DNA from: a virus
Lineage: Duplodnaviria; Heunggongvirae; Uroviricota; Caudoviricetes
Reading direction: 5' to 3' (one strand)
Virus record (IMG/VR): IMGVR_UViG_2850784384_000009
Location: 1-16,376 of that record
DNA: 16,376 bases
A program made the position numbers and the translations under genes. Positions 9,572-16,376 of this stretch are shown one piece after another. How positions within the stretch are numbered: position 1 is the stretch's first letter; every line of letters starts with the position of its first letter. Below the pieces are notes generated by a model. That model saw only the letters and a program-made list of their open reading frames with translations, searched no databases and was not told where the DNA came from.

Positions 9572-10989
9572 TGCCTATTCAGCAACTTCCGCTTATGAAA
9601 GGTGTCGGCAAAGACTTCCGAAACGCCGACTATATCGACTATCTGCCAGTGAATATGCTGGCTACACCCAAAGAAATCCTGAACAGCAGCGGATATCTTC
9701 GCTCATTCCCGGGCATTGCCAAACGTTCTGACGTGAACGGTGTATCTCGCGGCGTCGAGTACAACATGGCGCAGAATGCTGTTTATCGCGTGTGTGGCGG
9801 CAAGCTGTACAAAGGAGAAAGTGAAGTCGGTGATGTTGCCGGAAGTGGTCGTGTATCAATGGCGCATGGTCGGACATCACAGGCGGTAGGCGTTAATGGT
9901 CAACTGGTCGAGTATCGCTATGATGGCACGGTCAAAACCGTCTCAAACTGGCCTACAGACAGTGGATTCACTCAGTATGAGTTAGGTTCAGTTCGCGACA
10001 TTACGCGCTTACGTGGGCGTTATGCGTGGTCAAAAGACGGAACTGATTCATGGTTTATCACTGACCTTGAAGACGAATCTCATCCTGACCGTTACAGCGC
10101 ACAATATCGTGCCGAGTCTCAGCCTGACGGCATCATCGGTATCGGGACATGGCGAGACTTCATCGTCTGCTTTGGTTCATCGACTATTGAATATTTCTCC
10201 CTGACTGGCGCAACCACCGTTGGTGCCGCTTTGTATGTTGCACAACCATCGCTGATGGTGCAGAAAGGCATTGCCGGAACTTACTGCAAAACGCCATTCG
10301 CTGATTCGTATGCGTTTATCAGCAATCCGGCAACGGGTGCGCCGTCTGTGTATATCATCGACTCCGGTCAGGTGTCACCAATTGCCAGCGCGAGCATTGA
10401 GAAAATCCTCCGCTCCTACACTGCTGATGAACTGGCTGATGGTGTGATGGAATCGCTGCGATTTGATGCTCATGAGTTGCTGATTATCCACCTTCCGCGT
10501 CACGTCCTCGTGTACGACGCATCTTCAAGCGCCAATGGCCCACAATGGTGTGTGCTGAAAACAGGTCTGTATGACGATGTGTACCGCGCTATCGACTTCG
10601 TTTACGAAGGCAATCAGATAACGTGCGGCGATAAGCTGGAATCTGTTACCGGGAAACTGCAATTCGATATCAGCAGCCAGTACGACAAGCAACAGGAACA
10701 CCTGCTGTTTACTCCACTCTTCAAAGCGGATAACGCCAGAGTGTTCGACCTTGAGGTTGAATCGTCAACTGGCGTTGCGCAGTACGCCGACCGCCTTTTT
10801 CTCTCTGCAACCACTGACTGCATCAATTACGGGCGTGAGCAGATGATTGAGCAGAATGAACCGTTCGTTTACGACAAGCGTGTTTTGTGGAAGCGAGTAG
10901 GGCGCATCAGGAAAAATGTCGGCTTCAAATTGCGCGTTATCACGAAGTCACCTGTCACTCTGTCTGGCGCTCAGATAAGGATTGAGTAA
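9571..10989 (+). CDS. P22 gp10-like head completion / tail hub protein
   Basis: 472 aa starting [49 protein letters not shown], near-identical to P22 gp10 as recalled. Start overlaps the upstream stop (taATG). Confidence 0.85.
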   Translation: MPIQQLPLMKGVGKDFRNADYIDYLPVNMLATPKEILNSSGYLRSFPGIAKRSDVNGVSRGVEYNMAQNAVYRVCGGKLYKGESEVGDVAGSGRVSMAHGRTSQAVGVNGQLVEYRYDGTVKTVSNWPTDSGFTQYELGSVRDITRLRGRYAWSKDGTDSWFITDLEDESHPDRYSAQYRAESQPDGIIGIGTWRDFIVCFGSSTIEYFSLTGATTVGAALYVAQPSLMVQKGIAGTYCKTPFADSYAFISNPATGAPSVYIIDSGQVSPIASASIEKILRSYTADELADGVMESLRFDAHELLIIHLPRHVLVYDASSSANGPQWCVLKTGLYDDVYRAIDFVYEGNQITCGDKLESVTGKLQFDISSQYDKQQEHLLFTPLFKADNARVFDLEVESSTGVAQYADRLFLSATTDCINYGREQMIEQNEPFVYDKRVLWKRVGRIRKNVGFKLRVITKSPVTLSGAQIRIE

Positions 10990-11786
10990 TGGCTGATTCG
11001 AATCTCAATGTGCCGGTAATCATCCAAGCTACGCGGCTCGATACATCAGTCCTTCCACGCAATATCTTCTCGCAGTCGTATCTGCTTTACGTTATCGCAC
11101 AGGGCACTGATGTTGGTAACGTGGCTAACAAAGCCAACGAGGCCGGACAGGGCGCTTATGATGCACAGGTCAGGAACGATGAGCAGGATGTGATTCTCGC
11201 TGACCATGAGCAGCGAATTTCTGCTGCGGAAGCAACGCTTGTTAATCATGAGGAGCGAATCAGACAGGCAGAATCAACTCTTCAGGACCATGAAACACGA
11301 ATAGCTCAGAATGAAAGCGATATTTCGTCGCTTGACACAAGAGTTCAGTCGCTGGAGTCGCAGGTTTCAGACCATGAAACGCGCATCGATGCTCTGGAGT
11401 ATGCAACCACACGCAAGAAGTCAGAGGTTGTTTACTCTGGTGTATCTGTAACCATCCCGACAGCGCCGACCAACCTTGTTAGCCTGCTGAAAACGCTCAC
11501 ACCGTCATCCGGCTCGTTGGCACCATTCTTCGACACCGTTAACAACAAGATGGTTGTGTTCAACGAGAACAAAACCCTGCTCTTCAAGTTGTCGATTGTC
11601 GGCACGTGGCCCAGCGGAACCGCCAACAGGTCAATGCAGCTAACCTTTTCCGGCTCTGTTCCTGACACACTGGTCAGCAGTCGTAATGCGGCGACAACAA
11701 CCGACAACATCCTGTTAGCTACGTTCTTCAGCGTGGATAAAGACGGCTTTCTTGCCACAACCATCAAGATAATCGCGGAGCAGTGA
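10989..11786 (+). CDS. P22 gp26-like tail needle (cell-envelope penetrating plug) with an extended C-terminal domain
   Basis: Conserved N-terminus [41 protein letters not shown]. Central 14-residue periodic repeat (DHExRI...) typical of the trimeric coiled-coil core. About 125 aa of C-terminal domain beyond the helical core. Confidence 0.8.
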   Translation: MADSNLNVPVIIQATRLDTSVLPRNIFSQSYLLYVIAQGTDVGNVANKANEAGQGAYDAQVRNDEQDVILADHEQRISAAEATLVNHEERIRQAESTLQDHETRIAQNESDISSLDTRVQSLESQVSDHETRIDALEYATTRKKSEVVYSGVSVTIPTAPTNLVSLLKTLTPSSGSLAPFFDTVNNKMVVFNENKTLLFKLSIVGTWPSGTANRSMQLTFSGSVPDTLVSSRNAATTTDNILLATFFSVDKDGFLATTIKIIAEQ

Positions 11787-12241
11787 TGATTACATTCAAA
11801 CCAACGCGAAACATCGACCTGATAGAAGCAGTCGGAAATCACCCTGACATTATCGCCGGGAGCAACAACGGTGATGGATACGACTACAAACCTGAATGCC
11901 GTTACTTTGAGGTGAACGTGCACGGTCAGTTTGGCGGCATTGTTTACTATCAGGAGATTCAGCCGCTGACATTAGATTGCCACGCCATGTACCTGCCAGA
12001 GATTCGCGGCTTCAGCAAGGAAATTGGGCTGGCGTTCTGGCGATACATTCTGACTAACACCACCGTTCAGTGCGTAACATCGTTCGCTGCACGCAAATTC
12101 CGACACGGTCAGATGTACTGCGCAATGATTGGCCTTAAGCGTGTAGGAACCATCAAGAAATACTTCAAAGGCGTGGATGACGTGACTTTTTACAGCGCCA
12201 CACGCGAAGAACTAATCGACTTCCTGAATCACGGGAGATAG
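11783..12241 (+). CDS. gp14-position virion assembly/ejection-associated protein
   Basis: Intact 152-aa ORF immediately after the needle gene with an ATGA start/stop overlap. Assigned by synteny with P22 (26, 14, 7, 20, 16). Confidence 0.55.
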   Translation: MMITFKPTRNIDLIEAVGNHPDIIAGSNNGDGYDYKPECRYFEVNVHGQFGGIVYYQEIQPLTLDCHAMYLPEIRGFSKEIGLAFWRYILTNTTVQCVTSFAARKFRHGQMYCAMIGLKRVGTIKKYFKGVDDVTFYSATREELIDFLNHGR

Positions 12242-12243
12242 CC

Positions 12244-12852
12244 ATGTTATATGCATTTAAGCTGGGCAGAAAACTGTGCGGCGAGGAACCTTATTGCCCT
12301 GAAAAAGGCGGGAAAGGTGGCAGTTCTGATAAAAGCGCAAAGTATGCAGCAGAAGCCCAGAAGTATGCTGCAGACCTGCAAAATCAGCAGTGGCAGACGA
12401 TCATGAAAAACCTTGCTCCGTTCACGCCTCTTGCGGAGCAGTATGTTAACCAGCTTCAGAACCTTTCCAGTTTAGAAGGTCAGGGGCAGGCACTTAATCA
12501 GTATTACAACTCTAAGCAGTATAAAGACCTTGCAGGGCAGGCGCGTTACCAGAGTCTTGCTGCTGCGGAGGCGACGGGTGGACTTGGTTCGACAGCCACA
12601 AGCAATCAACTGGCTACGATCGCGCCGACACTCGGTCAGTCTTGGTTATCAAATCAGATGAGCAATTACAACAATCTGGCAAACGTTGGGCTTGGTGCGC
12701 TGCAAGGTCAGGCAAACGCCGGGCAGACGTACGCCAACAACATGAGCAGCATTGCACAGCAAAGCGCAGCTCTTGCCAGCCTTTTGGGAACATCAACGCC
12801 TTGGGGCGCTGGTATTGGTGCTGGTATCGGATTGCTTGGCTCGTTGTTTTAA
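12244..12852 (+). CDS. gp7-like ejection (internal virion) protein
   Basis: 202-aa ORF MLYAFKLGRKLCGEEPYCPEKGGKGGSS... with a Gly-rich hydrophobic C-terminus. Assigned by synteny and N-terminal resemblance. Confidence 0.6.
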   Translation: MLYAFKLGRKLCGEEPYCPEKGGKGGSSDKSAKYAAEAQKYAADLQNQQWQTIMKNLAPFTPLAEQYVNQLQNLSSLEGQGQALNQYYNSKQYKDLAGQARYQSLAAAEATGGLGSTATSNQLATIAPTLGQSWLSNQMSNYNNLANVGLGALQGQANAGQTYANNMSSIAQQSAALASLLGTSTPWGAGIGAGIGLLGSLF

Positions 12853-12861
12853 GGGGTAATC

Positions 12862-14193
12862 ATGGCTACTTGGCAAGGAACAAACGGCGGATTGTTGGCT
12901 GGTATCGGCGGCGTCAACTCAAACGCTCCGAGCGTAAATGACATCGGCAATACGCTTCAGCTTATCAGGCAGAACAATGATATTGAGCGTTCAGGCGCTA
13001 ACAATGTTGGGCTGACTGCTTTGCAAGGTCTTTCAGGTATTGCGGGTGTTTTTCAGCAGGAAAAGCAGGCTCAGCGGCAGAAAGAATTTCAGCAGGCGTA
13101 CGCTAATGCTTATGCGTCTGGTGATCGCGGTGCTTTGCGTCAGTTGGCTACTCAATATCCAGACCAGATTGAATCCGTTCGTAAAGGCATGGGATTCATT
13201 GATGAAGAGCAGCGTAATTCTATCGGCACCTTAGCGGCTGGCGCACGCCTTGCGTCATCGTCTCCAGAAGCAATGCAATCATGGCTGCAAAACAACGCCG
13301 GTGAGTTAGCTCGTGTTGGCGTTAATCCTCATGACGTCGCTCAGATGTACCAACAGAACCCGCGGCAGTTCGGCGAATTTGTCGATCACCTGGGGATGAA
13401 CAGTCTCGGGCCCGAAAAATACTTTGACCTACAGGATAAAATGCAGGGTCGCCAGGTTACCATGCGCGGTCAGGATCTGGATTCGCAAACCGCCGCTCGG
13501 AATCAGGCAATCACAATGCGCGGACAAGATATCCAGGCGAATTTAGGTCAGCAGCGCATTAATCTGGACGCAGAAACAAACCGCATTAACAACGAAAATA
13601 AGCGCCTTGACCGGATGCTATCAGCAGAAACTAACGACCTGAAGCGCCAGGAAATACAGAGCCGCATAGCAGCCAACAACCAGCAGTTGCAGCAGAAGCA
13701 GCAAGCGCTAAATGATGGCTACAAAGACGGCATCAACACCCTCACAACCAGCATGTTCACTCTGAACGATATCGTTAGTTCTCCTTCACTTAAGAGCATT
13801 ACAGGCTTACGTGGAGTAATCCCCAACGTTCCAGGCTCACAGGCTGCAGACACTCAGGCACGACTTGATACCTTTAAATCACAAGCATACCTGACAGCGG
13901 TTCAGGCCATGCGAGGCATGGGCGCACTTTCTGATGCCGAGGGCAAAAAGCTCGACCAGGCTGTTGGTTCGCTGCAGAACTCGCAGAGCGAGGAGTCCTT
14001 TCGTCGCAACGCTGGCGTCATCCTGAACACGCTCAACCAGAAGCGTAATGAGGCGGTTGGTAAGTACGTTCAGCAAAACGGTATCAAGCGAGTGGAAGCG
14101 CCTCAGGCTTCTATAGATTACCTGAAGCAGCACCCCGAGCTGTCAATCGACTTCATTAATCGCTACGGATATCTTCCATCTTTGGGGCAGTAA
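12862..14193 (+). CDS. gp20-like ejection (internal virion) protein
   Basis: 443-aa ORF, Gln/Asn-rich with internal TMRGQD repeats. Assigned by synteny. Confidence 0.6.
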   Translation: MATWQGTNGGLLAGIGGVNSNAPSVNDIGNTLQLIRQNNDIERSGANNVGLTALQGLSGIAGVFQQEKQAQRQKEFQQAYANAYASGDRGALRQLATQYPDQIESVRKGMGFIDEEQRNSIGTLAAGARLASSSPEAMQSWLQNNAGELARVGVNPHDVAQMYQQNPRQFGEFVDHLGMNSLGPEKYFDLQDKMQGRQVTMRGQDLDSQTAARNQAITMRGQDIQANLGQQRINLDAETNRINNENKRLDRMLSAETNDLKRQEIQSRIAANNQQLQQKQQALNDGYKDGINTLTTSMFTLNDIVSSPSLKSITGLRGVIPNVPGSQAADTQARLDTFKSQAYLTAVQAMRGMGALSDAEGKKLDQAVGSLQNSQSEESFRRNAGVILNTLNQKRNEAVGKYVQQNGIKRVEAPQASIDYLKQHPELSIDFINRYGYLPSLGQ

Positions 14194-15924
14194 ATGGCTA
14201 ATTACCGTGATTTGTTAGAGCAGGCTGGCGCACGTTACGGTGTGCCAGAAGGGTTGATGACTGCACTGGGTGCCAAGGAGTCTTCTTACAACCCTGCCGC
14301 AGTAAGCTCCGCCGGGGCTGTAGGATTGACTCAGGTCATGCCTGGGACATGGCGTGATATGGGTTATACCGATGAGCAAATGCAAAACCCCGAATATCAG
14401 GCTGACGCTGGCGCGCGCTATCTGGCAAAGATGTACCAGCAGTTTGGTAACTGGCGTGACGCTCTTCAGGCTTATCACGACGGTCCCGGCAACGTTATGA
14501 AGGCAAAGCGTGGTGAATATACGCCAGGACCTGAAGGCCGCGGTTACGTTGATGATCGCTTTGCTCAATGGGCTGGTGACCCGGTGACAGACTCAACAGT
14601 CGAACAGCGCGCCACCTCTGCAAAGGTACATCCTCAGCAAGACCCTAACAACCCGTTTGCACAACTGGAAGTACAGTCATCCGAACAAGTATCGGCATCA
14701 GGTGTGCAGTCAGACCCAAATAATCCATTTGCTCAGATTGAGCAGCAGGCAGCCAGTCAGCAGCCACCTCAACCCGTAAGTTCTGTCGCACCGAAACCTG
14801 TTCAGCAACAAACAGTTAATCAGGCCAATAATGCACCAACACGGGAAGAACCATCATTGATGCAACAAGCTGGCGATTGGCTCACTGGTGGTCAAAGTGC
14901 AGGGCAAATTGCAGAACAGGCTGGTCGTGGTCTGGTAAACATACCATTTGACGTATTGCAGGGTGGCGCAAGTCTGATTAATGCAATCAGTCAGGGGCTT
15001 GGGGGGCCAAAAGTATTGGATGATGTTTATCGTCCAGTAGACAGACCGACAGACCCCTACGCGCAAGCTGGAGAGTCAATAGGCGGTTATCTTGTTCCTG
15101 GAGCAGGTGTAGCTGGAAACATGGTCATTGGTTCTCTCGCTGACGCGGCGAATCAACGGGGTGATTTTGCCGAAAATGCCGCTATTAATGCCGGACTTAG
15201 CATTGCTACGCATGGCCTGATAAATGGCGTTACCCGTGGTGTTCGTGGTGCATCAAATATAATTAGTGGCAATAAAACATCTGCACAGAGAGCGACCACT
15301 GCGCCAACAGAAACATCACCATTCTCCGGTGATGCCGCTGCAGCAACAAATCCTGCGGTTCATGCCGCAGAGGCAAGAGTAGCACAAGGTGTACCAATGA
15401 CGCCTGCGACGAAGAACCCAGAGGAAGTCGTTCGCACAGTAGCAGCACAAAAAAGGCCAAATCTCGCTTCATCGCTTGATGAACTAGATATCAATCCTCA
15501 GGCTGAAGTTCTGGAGTCTGCTGAAAGGCTTAATGTTGATTCATTACTCCCTTCACACTTTTCCGGGAACGAGCAATACAAGGCAGTTGAGCAAGCAATC
15601 AAGTCCCGTGCGGGTTCTGCTCTACAGGTGCAGGAAAATGAAGCAATCAGGCAGCTAGCACAGGGCGCGGGTGAGATAATTGATCGCGTTTCCGGTGCAA
15701 AAGATGCTCTTGGTATGAGCGACAAGTTTATTGATACGGTCAATGGAAGAATGTCTGCGCTGATGAAACGAAGCGACCAGCTTTATCGCAATGTTGAAAA
15801 GGCGATGCCTGCAGGTGCAAAAATTGATGCGCCATCAACAAGGTCAATGCTCAAACAGGTGGCAGAAGATCTTGGCGGGATGAAAAACCTTGACCCTATT
15901 GAAAAGAGAGTTGAGGTAGCCTGA
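14194..15924 (+). CDS. gp16-position ejection protein with N-terminal lytic transglycosylase (SLT) domain; 3' end replaced by the IS600 terminus
   Basis: N-terminal [28 protein letters not shown] plus AYHDGPGNV are SLT-family motifs including the catalytic Glu-Ser. The last 4 codons (VEVA) and the stop lie inside the IS600 left end, which starts at 15912. Confidence 0.7.
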   Translation: MANYRDLLEQAGARYGVPEGLMTALGAKESSYNPAAVSSAGAVGLTQVMPGTWRDMGYTDEQMQNPEYQADAGARYLAKMYQQFGNWRDALQAYHDGPGNVMKAKRGEYTPGPEGRGYVDDRFAQWAGDPVTDSTVEQRATSAKVHPQQDPNNPFAQLEVQSSEQVSASGVQSDPNNPFAQIEQQAASQQPPQPVSSVAPKPVQQQTVNQANNAPTREEPSLMQQAGDWLTGGQSAGQIAEQAGRGLVNIPFDVLQGGASLINAISQGLGGPKVLDDVYRPVDRPTDPYAQAGESIGGYLVPGAGVAGNMVIGSLADAANQRGDFAENAAINAGLSIATHGLINGVTRGVRGASNIISGNKTSAQRATTAPTETSPFSGDAAAATNPAVHAAEARVAQGVPMTPATKNPEEVVRTVAAQKRPNLASSLDELDINPQAEVLESAERLNVDSLLPSHFSGNEQYKAVEQAIKSRAGSALQVQENEAIRQLAQGAGEIIDRVSGAKDALGMSDKFIDTVNGRMSALMKRSDQLYRNVEKAMPAGAKIDAPSTRSMLKQVAEDLGGMKNLDPIEKRVEVA

Positions 15925-15995
15925 GTTTAACGGACACTCCTTCCTGAAATAGAATGGCATCAGAAGGAGCTAATAATGAGCAGAAAAACCCAACG
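15912..15995 (+). mobile_element. IS600 left-end fragment (inverted repeat plus first 7 codons of OrfA), interrupted by IS629
   Basis: tgaggtagcctgagtttaacggacactccttcctgaaatagaatggcatcagaaggagctaataatgagcagaaaaaccc is identical to the inverse complement of 5553..5632. It diverges at 15996 where IS629 begins. Confidence 0.85.
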
Positions 15996-16376
15996 TGAAC
16001 CGCCCCGGGAATCCTGGAGACTAAACTTCCTGAGAAAGAGGTAAACAGGATGACTAAAAATACTCGTTTTTCCCCCGAAGTCCGTCAACGGGCAGTCCGT
16101 ATGGTTCTGGAAAGTCAGGGCGAATATGACTCACAATGGGCGACAATTTGTTCCATTGCCCCAAAGATTGGCTGTACGCCGGAGACTCTGCGTGTCTGGG
16201 TTCGCCAGCATGAGCGGGATACCGGGGGCGGTGATGGAGGGCTCACCACCGCTGAACGTCAGCGTCTGAAAGAGCTGGAGCGTGAAAATCGTGAACTGCG
16301 CCGCAGTAACGATATCCTTCGCCAGGCTTCCGCTTATTTTGCGAAGGCGGAGTTCGACCGCCTCTGGAAAAAATGA
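15996..16376 (+). mobile_element. IS629 (IS3 family), left end and OrfA; continues beyond the window
   Basis: Starts tgaaccgccccgggaatcctggagac, the IS629 terminus as recalled, followed by OrfA. Confidence 0.8.
16050..16376 (+). CDS. IS629 OrfA
   Basis: 108-aa [53 protein letters not shown]...AEFDRLWKK. The window ends at its stop codon. Confidence 0.85.
   Translation: MTKNTRFSPEVRQRAVRMVLESQGEYDSQWATICSIAPKIGCTPETLRVWVRQHERDTGGGDGGLTTAERQRLKELERENRELRRSNDILRQASAYFAKAEFDRLWKK

Noticed and set aside
11432-11923. 163-aa minus-strand ORF overlapping the needle and gp14 genes
   Set aside because: Fully antisense to two well-supported structural genes, with no ribosome-binding site or recognisable domain. 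Treated as a chance ORF. The same applies to the other short antisense ORFs in the track (for example 6726..7154, 7578..7946, 14215..14568).

Overview
This window is an IS-riddled remnant of a P22/Sf6-like podovirus prophage, and I did not find a convincing novel multi-gene system in it. Reading left to right: the 3' part of an IS600 copy (OrfB to right end); a 5'-truncated gene fragment that may be a tailspike C-terminal domain; an AT-rich acyltransferase-3 gene (putative O-antigen acetyltransferase) on the minus strand; a 46-bp tRNA-Thr 3' fragment acting as the attachment core; a P22-type integrase split by a second IS600 copy that itself carries a nested IS1; an IS911 that abuts a 5'-truncated coat gene; an apparently intact block of virion genes (gp4, gp10, needle gp26, gp14, gp7, gp20, and a gp16-position protein with a lytic transglycosylase domain); and finally an IS600 left-end stub interrupted by IS629. 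The most notable points are the attP-type junction (phage DNA on both sides of the core), the layered IS insertions with clean target-site duplications, and the intact acyltransferase cargo. All protein and IS identifications rest on recognising sequences from memory, not on a database search. The IS repertoire (IS1, IS600, IS629, IS911) suggests a Shigella or E. coli host, which is inference only.
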